Source: Armatimonadota bacterium (GTDB lineage Bacteria; Armatimonadota; JAAZEB01). Taken from it: a DNA stretch of 64,000 nucleotides. Numbering within the stretch: position 1 is the first letter of the stretch; each line of letters begins with the position of its first letter. This document shows, piece after piece, positions 28,582 through 38,436 of the stretch. The translations under genes were made by a program, and so were the position numbers. The notes below the pieces were generated by a model. That model worked only from the letters and a program-made list of their open reading frames with translations. It was not told the origin of the DNA and did no database searches. The stretch lies in assembly GCA_012512265.1 (NCBI GenBank), contig JAAZEM010000131.1, positions 1,837-65,836 of the forward strand. The letters run 5' to 3'.

Positions 28582-30408
28582 TCACTCGCCCTGGCCAGAG
28601 GCCGGTGGCACGAGTACCACCGTTGGCAGCCCGACGATCCCATACTCTTCCTTCAGTCGCTGGGTCTGGGCCGCGTTCCAGCGCGTCATATCCACCTTCA
28701 AAGGGAGCAGATCGCGCGTCGCGGCGACCACCTTCGGGTCGCGAAACGTCTTCGTCTCCAGCTCGCGGCATGCCGTGCACCACTCCGCACGGAAGTCGAT
28801 GAGCACGCCGCGGCCCTCGGCCAGCGCCTCCTGCAGGCGCTCCTCGCTATACGCCTCGAAGGGAATCCCGGCTGGCTGCGCGCGTGGGATGAGCAGCGAT
28901 ACGCCGGCCACGGCTACGAGTGCTCCCAGGCCGCGCTTGGCGGCGAAAAAGCCCCGCAGGCTTCGCCCGGCGGAATCGAAGAAGAGAAGGTAGACGCCGG
29001 CGCCCAGGGTGTAGAGCCCCATGAGGGTGCCCGAGATCGGCCGGTCGAGCAGCGGAGCGAGGTAGTAGACTGCCATCCCGAACAGGATCAGTCCGAAGAT
29101 GTGCTTCACTGCGTTCATCCACTCGCCGGAGCGGGGCAGGCGCTGGATGAGCCCCGAGAAGACGCCAAGGAGGAGATAGGGCGTTCCCAGCCCCAGAGCG
29201 AGCGCGAAGAAGATGCCAAAGCCCATCCCTGGATGGCCGAGCTGGCTAACGACCGCCAGGAGCGCCACGACGACCGGACCGATACAGGGCGCCGCAACAA
29301 AGCCGACGAGAAGTCCCATGAACAGCGCGCCTGCGAAGCCCGCGCGGCCGGAAACCCGGCCAGCCAGCCCTGCCGGCACGCGGAACTCCCACACACCAAA
29401 CATGGAAAGCCCCAGCGCGATCATCACCGCGGCGAAGCCCAGCAGCACATACGGGTTCTGAAGCTGGTTTCCAAAGAGTTGCCGGTTCATGGCCGCAACG
29501 ACGCCCAGCGTGGAGTACATCAGCGCCATTCCCAGCACGTAGAGCGAGGCCAGGCTCAGCAGATGCCGGCGGCTTCCGCCGCTCTGCCCGCCAAAAAAGC
29601 CGATGGTGATCGGGATCAGGGGGTAGACGCAGGGCGTCAGGTTCAAAGCCAGCCCCGCAAGATAGATGAGCGGCAATGCAAGAAGCCAATGGCCCCCCAG
29701 AATCAGGTCGCTCAAGCGGCTCTTCTCCTCGGCAGGAGCGCCCTCTTCCAGCCAATGCACGAATTCATCGGGGGGGACGAACTTCGTCAGCCGGGAATAG
29801 TGCGCCCGACTGCCGGCTGCCGCTATGGCTCCAGACTGGGGCGTGCCTTCTTCTCCCGGCCCCATCGTCGCTCCCGCGGCAAACAGCTCCGGGCGCACTG
29901 GCTTCACCGCTGCGCCGGCGACATCCACCGCCAGCTTGAGCGAGAAGGGCACTGTGGATGGGGGAAAGCACGACTCATCGTTGCATGCCTGCGCGGTGAG
30001 GGTGCCCTCCAGCACCAATGGAGCTCGCGCGAGGTTCGCGGATGCTGTTGCCGGCGCCAGCATCACCACTTCGCCCTCGTAAACCGCAATCGGCTTGGGT
30101 GTGAAGGAGAGAGCCCGCTCCCTGGCCGCGGGATACTCCACCGCGCCCACTTCGATTCCCGGGGGCGGCGTGATCTCCACCACCGTGGGGATGAGATCCG
30201 GATCGCTCGGCAGGTGCGCGTTCACGTGCAGCCCGGGCGGGAGGCTCAGGATGATGGCGATCTGGAAGGAATCCCCTGGGCGGATGCGATCCACGGAGGC
30301 CACGCTCTCAACCTTCAGCTGCGGCCCTGTGAAGCCCTGAGCGCGGGTAGGCGCGCCCGCGGACAAGACCGCGATGGCGGCGATGGCGAGTACTCTCCAG
30401 ATCGACAT
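28582..30408 (-). CDS. dsbD: protein-disulfide reductase DsbD (N-terminal DsbD-alpha-like domain, CcdA-type membrane core, C-terminal thioredoxin)
   Basis: Signal peptide, AQACNDESCF (alpha-domain Cys pair), membrane-core LTPCVYPLIPI and AAPCIGPVV, and C-terminal thioredoxin WCTACRELE. Confidence 0.85.
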   Translation of the reverse strand: MSIWRVLAIAAIAVLSAGAPTRAQGFTGPQLKVESVASVDRIRPGDSFQIAIILSLPPGLHVNAHLPSDPDLIPTVVEITPPPGIEVGAVEYPAARERALSFTPKPIAVYEGEVVMLAPATASANLARAPLVLEGTLTAQACNDESCFPPSTVPFSLKLAVDVAGAAVKPVRPELFAAGATMGPGEEGTPQSGAIAAAGSRAHYSRLTKFVPPDEFVHWLEEGAPAEEKSRLSDLILGGHWLLALPLIYLAGLALNLTPCVYPLIPITIGFFGGQSGGSRRHLLSLASLYVLGMALMYSTLGVVAAMNRQLFGNQLQNPYVLLGFAAVMIALGLSMFGVWEFRVPAGLAGRVSGRAGFAGALFMGLLVGFVAAPCIGPVVVALLAVVSQLGHPGMGFGIFFALALGLGTPYLLLGVFSGLIQRLPRSGEWMNAVKHIFGLILFGMAVYYLAPLLDRPISGTLMGLYTLGAGVYLLFFDSAGRSLRGFFAAKRGLGALVAVAGVSLLIPRAQPAGIPFEAYSEERLQEALAEGRGVLIDFRAEWCTACRELETKTFRDPKVVAATRDLLPLKVDMTRWNAAQTQRLKEEYGIVGLPTVVLVPPASGQGE

Positions 30409-30861
30409 AGTCGCTCCTCTCCTCCCGGGTGGGCAACCGCACGGGCTTGGGCTACCGCCCCTTTGTTCCGACAGCCACCGCGTGACCTCTCAGGTGCGGC
30501 GGTGCGGGCGCCCGGCGCGAGGCTCCATAGAGAAAGATACCTGCTCAGGCCCAGAGGTTGCGCCTCCTGGGGAGAGAATCGCCGGCTGCCTGGCGCGCGG
30601 AGCCGGAAGGAGAGGCGCGCGGTGTCAACGAACAGCGTACCACTCTCGCCGATGAGGCCCCCATGCAAGAGGGCAGGCCGATCTCGCGGATGTCATGAAG
30701 AGGGGAACTCTCTCGATGGCTTCCGCTATCCAGAGCGCGGCTGACTCCAGCGACCTCTACGCCTTCACTGGATGGATGCCCCGCTCGGATACGGTGCGCG
30801 CGCCTGGTTGGAGCCGAGTCCGCGGGATTTGCGAGCATCGAAATATGGAGGAGAGACCACC

Positions 30862-31077
30862 ATGAGTGAGAAAAACGGCGGCGTCAACACGGGTCTCGCG
30901 GTGGTAATCATCGCGGTGATCGTGCTCGCCATCGGCTTCTTCTACTGGCATGGCAGCACGCCCAAGCCTGCGGAGGAGATCCCTGGGCCGCCCATGTCGC
31001 AGATGATGGGCAACATGCCCGGGAGCGGTCCGGAAGGCAAACCGGCCAACGCACCGGCGGCGCCTGCGAAGCCTTGA
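30862..31077 (+). CDS. small single-pass membrane protein, Pro/Ala-rich tail (hypothetical)
   Basis: ATG 30862 is preceded by GGAGGAGAG. The product contains the TM segment GLAVVIIAVIVLAIGFFYW. I recognise no family. Confidence 0.45.
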   Translation: MSEKNGGVNTGLAVVIIAVIVLAIGFFYWHGSTPKPAEEIPGPPMSQMMGNMPGSGPEGKPANAPAAPAKP

Positions 31078-31138
31078 AGCGTGCCGGTGTGCTTCCTGGG
31101 GATCTGACGCTCGTGAGCTTTGTAGCCGGATGCTCTCG

Positions 31139-31167
31139 CAGGGGCCGCCCTTTCTGGGCAGCCCCTG
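31139..31167. terminator. hairpin between convergent genes (possible bidirectional terminator)
   Basis: CAGGGGC-C-GCCC / TTTCT loop / GGGC-A-GCCCCTG. The stem is GC-rich and no U-tract follows. Confidence 0.35.
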
Positions 31168-31219
31168 CAGGAGTGCTGACATGGCGCGCCTCCACGGCGG
31201 AGAGACGTGCCGGTGTCGC

Positions 31220-32404
31220 TCACCCGGTCGTTTCCGCCGCGTAGACAGAGCCGGAGACGCGCTCCGGCGTGGCGCGGATCACGCGCAATCCAAAGGCCTG
31301 CAGTGCTGCCGAGCTCTCGAGGTGCGCGCCCAGGCTGGCAGCGGCCTCCTCCGCGACCCTCACCTGAAGGGTGAGCACGCCCTCGGTGTAGGTCTGGCCT
31401 TCCACCCGGCGGATGGCGGGCACGGAGGAGAGCGCCTCGATGAAGGCAGTCGCATCGGTCACGCCTTCGAACCCGGAGAGGGTGAGGCACATGGCGCGTG
31501 AGGCAGCTCCCGGCAGGCGCAGCAGCGACTCGGATAGCTTGCGGCCAGCGCGGCGCAGGGTGTGCGTCATTCCGGCATGAACCGCCTTCTGCGTGGGCAC
31601 GCCGTCACCCTCGCCCGCCACCGTATCCGCCATCACCACTTCCCCCGTATCGCAGCGAATGGCGCGCAGTGCCGCTCGCACCCAACACCGGGCATAGTCG
31701 ATTCCCAGCCGCTCGCGGGATATCGAAAGCCCGGGTGCCACTCGGGCGGAGACCTGCCCCGTGATCACGACATCGAAGCCGTGCCGCCGCCCCCAATCGG
31801 AGACCTCCGCGGGGGTGGCAGACTGCAACTGCCGCGCCTCTTCCCCGGAGACCTCCGCTCCCTGGTCATCCGCATCGATCCCGAGGCTTTCCAGGTGTCG
31901 GGAGAGGAGAGCCGCCGCATCCGATGCCGCAGTGGGCACATAGCCATAGTAGGTGCTGGATGCCAGCACGATTCCCACTCGCCAGCGCCGCACGGCAGGG
32001 GATGACGAGAGCTCCCTCAGCAATGGGCGCAGGCGCACGGCGACCCTAGCGCGCACCCGATAGACGTGATCCGCGCGCCCCTCCTCCAGGACCTCCTCCA
32101 GAATGGCAAGGCCCGCGGCTCGAGTGGAGACGCGATCCTCCTGGACGATGTGGTTGTGAACCCGGACGCTGCCGGTGACGTACACCCCCACGGTGCGCAG
32201 CACGGCCTCGCGCAGGGCGCGGTCGATGGCGGCCTGCCGCGCGTTACTGATATTCCCATCAACGATTGGGGCGAACCCCTCGGCCTCGACAATTCGCAGA
32301 GGCTCTGGCTGCTCGTCCTTGGATTGGGGCGCGCCGCTGGCGCCTCCCAGGGCGCCCCATGCCAGCGCGACCACGACCAGCACGCAGAGCCGTGATGCTC
32401 TCAT
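31220..32404 (-). CDS. secreted multi-domain hypothetical protein (N-terminal LPP20/FlgT_N-like segment, tentative)
   Basis: ATG 32404 follows GGAGG. Signal peptide MRASRLCVLVVVALAWGALGGASG. The segment AEGFAPIVDGNISNARQAAIDRALREAVLRTVG resembles LPP20/FlgT_N-type domains. Confidence 0.6.
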   Translation of the reverse strand: MRASRLCVLVVVALAWGALGGASGAPQSKDEQPEPLRIVEAEGFAPIVDGNISNARQAAIDRALREAVLRTVGVYVTGSVRVHNHIVQEDRVSTRAAGLAILEEVLEEGRADHVYRVRARVAVRLRPLLRELSSSPAVRRWRVGIVLASSTYYGYVPTAASDAAALLSRHLESLGIDADDQGAEVSGEEARQLQSATPAEVSDWGRRHGFDVVITGQVSARVAPGLSISRERLGIDYARCWVRAALRAIRCDTGEVVMADTVAGEGDGVPTQKAVHAGMTHTLRRAGRKLSESLLRLPGAASRAMCLTLSGFEGVTDATAFIEALSSVPAIRRVEGQTYTEGVLTLQVRVAEEAAASLGAHLESSAALQAFGLRVIRATPERVSGSVYAAETTG

Positions 32405-32545
32405 CGCCACCTCCCACTGGCGACCCGCAATCACCGTTCGCATTCGTGGCATGCAAGGATGCAGCCAATGGAGTAGGGGCCTTCACGGTGCAATCCTCTT
32501 TACGCTGCGGGAGGTGTCGCGCGCCACGCGGCGAATCTTCTCCAC

Positions 32546-32800
32546 GTGGAACTGCGTTGTCAGCTGAGGTTTGTGGATGACGCGGATGGCAAGCGCGCTT
32601 TTCTCGAGGCGCGTGATGCCCGCGGGTGCGTTCGGGTCACCATCGAGGCGACCGGCGGGGATGAGGGGGAGGCACTCTCCGCGCTCGCGGAGCGCACGCG
32701 AGAGCTGTATGGCGCCGTCTGCGGCATCGTGGACACGGTCGAGGATGTTGTGCGCCGCTACTATGACAGCGAGCGCGTGGAGACCATTCCGACAGAGTGA
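32546..32800 (+). CDS. small acidic hypothetical protein
   Basis: Coding-like third-position GC. GTG start (alternative GTG at 32573 after GAGG). No recognisable domain. Confidence 0.35.
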   Translation: MELRCQLRFVDDADGKRAFLEARDARGCVRVTIEATGGDEGEALSALAERTRELYGAVCGIVDTVEDVVRRYYDSERVETIPTE

Positions 32801-32956
32801 TGGCCAAAGCCATCTCTTGGGCGAAGGGGCGTTCCGTTCCGGGACTTCCCGGTGGGAGAGACCGTCAGGAGCCGGGGGAGTATCCGTTCGGTGGGTTGCG
32901 ATTCCTTGTGCCGAAACCGGTGTGGCAGTTCGATTTGGCCGGCTACTGGTGCCGCT

Positions 32957-33229
32957 TCAACCCATGCAGACGAAATCGTTGCCCGGGCATTCGGCCAGGC
33001 AGCCGTGCTCATTCTTCTGGTAGCGTAGCGGGCGTCCGCAGAAGGGGCAGGGAATACGCAACTGTGGATTCCCGGTAGCGTAGGCCTCCTCGATCTGGCG
33101 CAGGACGCGAACCGCTGCGCCGGTGGCGGCATCCGCTTCGTCGTCGGGGGCCACCTCAATCTGCACCGAGTCTGGATCGATCACGCCTTGCAAGAGATCC
33201 AGCTCCGGGGCATCCGGATCGAAATCCAT
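32957..33229 (-). CDS. small acidic protein with a C-terminal Cys-rich (zinc-ribbon-like) motif
   Basis: GAGGAGAAGAGG lies immediately upstream of the ATG. The C-terminus reads CPFCGRPLRYQKNEHGCLAECPGNDFVC. Confidence 0.55.
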   Translation of the reverse strand: MDFDPDAPELDLLQGVIDPDSVQIEVAPDDEADAATGAAVRVLRQIEEAYATGNPQLRIPCPFCGRPLRYQKNEHGCLAECPGNDFVCMG

Positions 33230-33319
33230 CCTCTTCTCCTCTATGTTCCCTCGGATCGCCCGTGGTCAAGAGAGGGGCGCGGCGCGGGATGCCTCTCCAG
33301 CGCCACGCCACCGATCATA

Positions 33320-33967
33320 TCAGCGAGAGCGCTGACCAGTGGTCATGCCCTCGATCACCATGCTGCCGCTCGTTGCCTCGATGGAGTGGACGGAAACGCC
33401 CGTCTCTGCGAGGATCTTCTGCAGCTCTTGCTGGATGCGCCGGGCGGCCTCGCTGCGCATCTGCGCGGGCATGGGCATCTTCCCGATCATCATTTCATCC
33501 GGAAGAAAGGCAAGGCTCCCCGACCCATCCGGAACGACACGGCCTGACACGGTGGTGTGCACCTGCCGGCCCCAGGCGGTCACCGTGCCCGTCACGACGA
33601 TGCGGCCGCCCTCAAACGCGACGCGCACGTCGCGGACGCTTTCGATGCCGGCCGGCAACCCGTGGGCGGGCGGCGCCTGCGCGCTCAGATACGCATTGAT
33701 GTCGTCGCTGCGAATCTGCAAGCGATAGGGCGCCGGAGGGCGCGTCTGCGCGTGCCGCCGGATCGCGACCACCTGCTCCTGTAGCTGGCGCACCGACCGC
33801 TCCGCCTGCTGCGGGGAAACCTGGGGTGGCGGTGGCGGCGGGGGCGTGTAGGTCACCATCGTGTAGAGGTACGCTACGCTCCCGACGCCTGCCGCCACCA
33901 GCAACAGGGCAGCCCAGCCCAGGCGGCGTATCCAAAGCCGTCGTCTATCCGATCCGGGCGACCTCAA
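33320..33967 (-). CDS. membrane-anchored hypothetical protein
   Basis: The TTG start overlaps the trpB2 stop (TTGA). N-terminal TM segment [19 protein letters not shown] recognise no family. Confidence 0.5.
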   Translation of the reverse strand: MRSPGSDRRRLWIRRLGWAALLLVAAGVGSVAYLYTMVTYTPPPPPPPQVSPQQAERSVRQLQEQVVAIRRHAQTRPPAPYRLQIRSDDINAYLSAQAPPAHGLPAGIESVRDVRVAFEGGRIVVTGTVTAWGRQVHTTVSGRVVPDGSGSLAFLPDEMMIGKMPMPAQMRSEAARRIQQELQKILAETGVSVHSIEATSGSMVIEGMTTGQRSR

Positions 33968-35316
33968 AGGTTCTCCAATCGCGCCAGAGCGTCTTGGACC
34001 TTCTCCTCGGGATAGTCGTAGTCTTCGAGCTTGCCGGCCATATACGCTTCATAGGCCGATAGATCAAAGTGACCGTGGCCACTCAGGTTGAAGACAATCG
34101 TCTCCTTCCGGCCCTCGCGCTTGCACCGCTCGGCCTCATCGATCGCGGCGCGAATGGCGTGCGACGACTCGGGGGCTGGTACAATGCCTTCCGTCTTGGC
34201 GAAGAGCGTGGCTGCTGCGAAGACGGGGTTCTGGGGGTAGGCCTTGGCCTCAATCAGCCCCTGGTGGTACAACTCGCTGACCAGCGGGGCCATGCCGTGA
34301 TAGCGGAGGCCGCCGGCATGGATCGCCGTGGGCACAAAGTCGTGGCCGAGCGTGTACATCATCATCAACGGCGTCATGCGCGCCACGTCACCGAAGTCAT
34401 AGTGTCGGATGCCGCGAGTGAGCGTCGGGCACGCGGTCGGCTCCACCGCGATGATGCGGATCTTCTTGCCGCTCAGCTTATCCGGCACGAAGGGGAAAGC
34501 GAGCCCGGCGAAGTTGCTGCCGCCACCCGCGCAGCCGATGATGACGTCGGGATAGTCGTCCACCATCTCGAACTGCTTCTTGGCCTCCAGGCCGATCACG
34601 GTCTGGTGCAGCAGGACGTGGTTCAAAACGCTCCCGAGGGAATACTTGGTATCCTCGCGCCCGACGGCATCCTCGACGGCCTCGCTAATCGCCATGCCCA
34701 GGCTTCCGGGGGAGTCGGGATCGCGTGCGAGGATCTCTCGCCCGGCGTTCGTGTCCTCGCTCGGGCTGGCGACCACGTTGGCGCCCCACATCTGCATCAG
34801 CGAGCGGCGGTAAGGCTTCTGGTGATAGCTCACCTTCACCATGTAGACCTTGCACTCGATGTCAAACAGGTTGCAGGCAAGCGAGAGAGCGCTGCCCCAC
34901 TGGCCGGCGCCGGTCTCGGTGGTGATGCGCTTGGTGCCCGCCTCCTTGTTATAGTACACCTGAGCGACGGCGGTGTTTGCCTTGTGGCTGCCGGCGGGGC
35001 TGGCGCCTTCGTTCTTGTAGTAGATGTGCGCCGGGGTATCGAGCGCCTGCTCCAACCGTCGCGCGCGCACCAGGGGGGTTGGCCGCCACAGGCGGAGGAT
35101 CTCCCGCACGGGGTCCGGAATCGTGATCCACCGCTCCCGGGACACCTCCTGCTGGATCAGCTCCATGGGGAAAAGCGGCAGGAGCGCATCAGGGCCGAGC
35201 GGCTCCTTGGTCACCGGATGCAGGGGCGGAGGGACCGGTGTGCTCATATCGGCCTGAACATTATACCACTGCTCCGGCAGGTACTTCTCCGGAAGGTGAA
35301 TCCTCAACTCGGGCAT
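33964..35316 (-). CDS. trpB: TrpB-like PLP-dependent enzyme (tryptophan synthase beta chain 2 type)
   Basis: The long TrpB2-type N-terminus ([12 protein letters not shown]...[13 protein letters not shown]), the PLP lysine context GSHKANTA, and [11 protein letters not shown]. Confidence 0.9.
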   Translation of the reverse strand: MPELRIHLPEKYLPEQWYNVQADMSTPVPPPLHPVTKEPLGPDALLPLFPMELIQQEVSRERWITIPDPVREILRLWRPTPLVRARRLEQALDTPAHIYYKNEGASPAGSHKANTAVAQVYYNKEAGTKRITTETGAGQWGSALSLACNLFDIECKVYMVKVSYHQKPYRRSLMQMWGANVVASPSEDTNAGREILARDPDSPGSLGMAISEAVEDAVGREDTKYSLGSVLNHVLLHQTVIGLEAKKQFEMVDDYPDVIIGCAGGGSNFAGLAFPFVPDKLSGKKIRIIAVEPTACPTLTRGIRHYDFGDVARMTPLMMMYTLGHDFVPTAIHAGGLRYHGMAPLVSELYHQGLIEAKAYPQNPVFAAATLFAKTEGIVPAPESSHAIRAAIDEAERCKREGRKETIVFNLSGHGHFDLSAYEAYMAGKLEDYDYPEEKVQDALARLENL

Positions 35317-35354
35317 TGCAATCCTCCTGGCAGACGGAATTCAACGTGCTCGAC

Positions 35355-35975
35355 TTACGGCCGGCACACCTTGCATGGCTGACACCCCGCGGCCACCGCG
35401 TGGGCCAAGCTCGCGAACGAAATGCGCTCGGCTGGGGCGATCTTCTCACCAAATGCACAACCCGGCCGGTGCGCCTTTTTGCTCCCGCTCCGCTTGATGA
35501 AGACGGGGCCAACATATTTCGGTTTTGATGGAGCTGCCCCAAGTGCTACTCCTGAACCGCCTGGGGCTATCGAGGGCGTCTTCGCCGCCTGCCCTGCTGA
35601 GAGCAGCGCCTTCTGCTGCAAATAGATCTGCTCTTGCAGGCGGAGTGAGAGGAGCAGCAGCTCCGTATTCAACTGCGCGCGGGCGTGCAAACGGCCCGCG
35701 TCATCTGGCGCGGCGGCCTCCTCCTCGACCGCCCTCTTTTGAAGGCGCTCGGCCTCAGCTCGCAACGCCTTGAGGAAAGGATCGGCCAAGGGATCTCCCG
35801 CCGGCACGGCAGACGGCTGAGAAACCGCGCCAGCCGCGGCCCCTGCTGCACCCGCCCGTACTTCCGTCGAGACCACCGGTTTGGAGGGAACCGATGGCGC
35901 AGCGGGCGGCGGGGCGCCCGGGGCAGCGAACAACACCCACGTCAGTGCCGCTTGAATGAGACTGGACACGGGCAT
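35355..35975 (-). CDS. secreted Ala/Pro-rich coiled-coil protein with a C-terminal Ada-like Cys4 metal-binding motif
   Basis: Signal-like N-terminus MPVSSLIQAALTWVLFAAPGA. The C-terminus HRPGCAFGEKIAPAERISFASLAHAVAAGCQPCKVCRP resembles the Ada_Zn_binding pattern. Confidence 0.55.
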   Translation of the reverse strand: MPVSSLIQAALTWVLFAAPGAPPPAAPSVPSKPVVSTEVRAGAAGAAAGAVSQPSAVPAGDPLADPFLKALRAEAERLQKRAVEEEAAAPDDAGRLHARAQLNTELLLLSLRLQEQIYLQQKALLSAGQAAKTPSIAPGGSGVALGAAPSKPKYVGPVFIKRSGSKKAHRPGCAFGEKIAPAERISFASLAHAVAAGCQPCKVCRP

Positions 35976-36141
35976 CCCTCCCCGGGGGAAGACCGCTCAA
36001 ACAGATGCGGACCGAGAGAGCCCACGGCCGACCCCCGGCAACGCGATAGCCGGCGCGGCTGCCCCGCGGGGATTCGGACGGCCAGGGGCCTGTGCGCCCG
36101 CCGCGGGCGCGGCCTCCCAACCGAGGCGCTGCGCGGCCGAA

Positions 36142-36576
36142 CTAATCCTCCAGCTCCAGATCGTCTCCTTCGGTATCCTCTTCGAGCGGACTGTACATCA
36201 AGGCGACAATCTGGCCATAGTACTTATCGTGCAGGGATGTGACATTCATCACGGCCTGTTCAAACTGCTCGACGCCGAGCGTCTCGGCGAGAACCTCGGT
36301 CATCAAGTAGACGTCACCTTCGCTATCGATGACGAACTTGGTGAGCATGATATCCATGTTCAGCTCGAGCAGGCGCTTGTAGATCCCCGCGCGATTCTTC
36401 CGTGGCGCGTTGATGAAGGGCGAAATCACGATGAGCACGGAATCGGCCAGCCGGATCTGCACGTCGATGTCTTTGACATCGCCACGGAAACCCGTCCGCC
36501 ACAACCGGTCATCCAGACGCTCATACGGGATGTTGAGGTCCTGTAGATACTGCTCAATCGTGTTCTCTGTCACCAT
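36142..36576 (-). CDS. YbjN domain-containing protein
   Basis: IEQYLQDLNIPYERLDDRLWRTGFRGD...DVQIRL...LIVISPF matches the YbjN / type III chaperone-like pattern. The C-terminal tail is acidic. Confidence 0.7.
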   Translation of the reverse strand: MVTENTIEQYLQDLNIPYERLDDRLWRTGFRGDVKDIDVQIRLADSVLIVISPFINAPRKNRAGIYKRLLELNMDIMLTKFVIDSEGDVYLMTEVLAETLGVEQFEQAVMNVTSLHDKYYGQIVALMYSPLEEDTEGDDLELED

Positions 36577-36842
36577 CTGTATGTCCCTACAGGCGGGCCA
36601 CCGAGCCGCCTGCTTGCTCCCATCTTAGCATACGGAATGGGCCCTGTCAACACACCGGCGCTTGCCATCACGGGATGCCGCCGGTTCGCATATACCCGGG
36701 ACGAACACCAATCCACCCCGATATTCGGGGGCCAAATCTCTGGCCAGGATGCGCTTGGGGAGGGCGCGGATCGTGGCGAGTGTTGCCACGCCGGCGCCCT
36801 CCCCATAGACACTCCACAGCTGCCCCTGGGTCGCGGCTGGAA

Positions 36843-37775
36843 CTACCGAAGGCGTTCCAGATGTACCTGGGGATAGATGGCCTGGATCTCCGCCTGCGTG
36901 CAGAGGCCGGCATCTGGCGAGGCAGCGGTGGCGGCGCCTGCGGCGGCGCCAAGCCGGAGAGCGTCGCCAACGCCGGCGCCCTTCGCCAGGGCGGCGGCGA
37001 TGCCGGCCAGCATCGAATCGCCGGATCCGACGGTGCTCTTCGAGGTCACGACCGGTGGCCTAACCCTCCACACCTCCTCGCTCGTGGCGCCAACGGCGCC
37101 TTTCACTCCCATCGAGATGACCGCAAAGCTCACCCCGCGCTGAACAAGCTCCAGGGCTCCGGACGCGGCATCCTCGATAGAGCGGATCGACCTTCCGAGA
37201 AGGCGCTCTGCCTCGGCGCGATTCGGCTTCACCAGATACGGCTTCGCATTCAAACCCGCCATGAGGGGCGTGCCGTCGGCATCGAGGATGGCGCGCACGC
37301 CATTGTCCTGGCAATTGCGGATCAGCGTGGCATAGACGTCGTTGGGCACTCCGGGAGGCAGGCTCCCGCCGAAGGCGATGAACTGGGCCTGTTTGAGGAG
37401 GGGCCGGATCCGGTCCCACAACTGGCGCAGGTCCTCCATGCCTACTTCCGGCCCCGGCTCATGGAGCGTCGTGGGGGGGCCGCCGCCCGCGTCCTCCACC
37501 GCGATGTTGATCCGTGTCTCGCCCTTCACCTCCACGAAGGAGGTCGCGATGCCTCGGTTCTCCAGGTAGGTCTTGATGAACTGACCCGTATGCCCGGCAA
37601 TGAAGCCGAGGGCAGTGGTCTGGACGCCGCACTCGCGGAGCACGAGCGACATGTTGATCCCTTTGCCGCCCGGATCCATCACACTACGCAGCACGCGGTT
37701 CGTATCGCCGGGCGCCAGACTGCGCACCCACAGCGTGCGGTCCACCGCCGGGTTCAGGGTGACAGTGACGATCAT
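36843..37775 (-). CDS. pfkB: 1-phosphofructokinase-family sugar kinase (PfkB family)
   Basis: MIVTVTLNPAVDRTLWV...GGKGINMS, with GSGDSMLAG and DALRLGAAAGA motifs near the C-terminus. Confidence 0.85.
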   Translation of the reverse strand: MIVTVTLNPAVDRTLWVRSLAPGDTNRVLRSVMDPGGKGINMSLVLRECGVQTTALGFIAGHTGQFIKTYLENRGIATSFVEVKGETRINIAVEDAGGGPPTTLHEPGPEVGMEDLRQLWDRIRPLLKQAQFIAFGGSLPPGVPNDVYATLIRNCQDNGVRAILDADGTPLMAGLNAKPYLVKPNRAEAERLLGRSIRSIEDAASGALELVQRGVSFAVISMGVKGAVGATSEEVWRVRPPVVTSKSTVGSGDSMLAGIAAALAKGAGVGDALRLGAAAGAATAASPDAGLCTQAEIQAIYPQVHLERLR

Positions 37776-37846
37776 CCGCTTATACCATTCTCATCGGGAC
37801 AGGACGCCCTTGCGCGCCTTAGCCGTCATGATGAGCCAAGAGGGGG

Positions 37847-38422
37847 CTACACCTCGGGTTCGATCAACCCGTAGTCGCCGCCTCGGCGCCGGTAGACCAC
37901 GTTGATCTGCTCGGTCTCGGCGTTGGCGAAGACGAAGAAGTCGTGACCAAGCAGCTCCATCTGCATCGCTGCTTCTTCTGGAGACATCGGCTTGACTGCG
38001 AAGCGCTTGGTGCGCACGACGCGGATGCTGTCGAGAGGGCTCTCGCCCGGTTCGGGCTCTGCCGGAACCTCCTCGACCAGCTCTTCCGCGGCCGCGTCTC
38101 CCAGGCGCTCCTTCATCTGGGCTGTCTGCTCGCGCGGAAGCAGAATCCGCTTCCCCTTGAACTTCTGGAGCTGGCGCTCCAACTTCTCAAGAACCTGGTC
38201 GATGGAGGCGTACATGTCCGACGTGCGCTCTTCACCCCTCAGGAGGATGCCGTCCCCCTGGACGAGGACCTCGACCACGTGCCACTGGCGCTCCACACTC
38301 TGCGTGATCTGCACCTCCTGGATGTGATGGAAGTACTTTTCGAGCTTACGCAACTTCTTCTCAGCGTAGCTCTTCAGCCCATCCGTCACTTCCATGCGCT
38401 TGCCTTTGACCGTGATTCGCAT
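37847..38422 (-). CDS. hpf: ribosome hibernation-promoting factor (long HPF)
   Basis: MRITVKGKRMEVTDGLKSYAEKKLRKLEKYF...DMYASIDQVLEKLERQLQKFK, plus the C-terminal dimerisation domain IVRTKRFAVKPMSPEEAAMQMELLGHDFFVF. Confidence 0.9.
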   Translation of the reverse strand: MRITVKGKRMEVTDGLKSYAEKKLRKLEKYFHHIQEVQITQSVERQWHVVEVLVQGDGILLRGEERTSDMYASIDQVLEKLERQLQKFKGKRILLPREQTAQMKERLGDAAAEELVEEVPAEPEPGESPLDSIRVVRTKRFAVKPMSPEEAAMQMELLGHDFFVFANAETEQINVVYRRRGGDYGLIEPEV

Positions 38423-38436
38423 CGCGCACTCCTCCT

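Noticed and set aside
29101-30744. 547-aa + strand ORF
   Set aside because: It lies antisense to dsbD, whose membrane core and thioredoxin motifs are clear.
34069-35382. 437-aa + strand ORF
   Set aside because: It lies antisense to trpB2.
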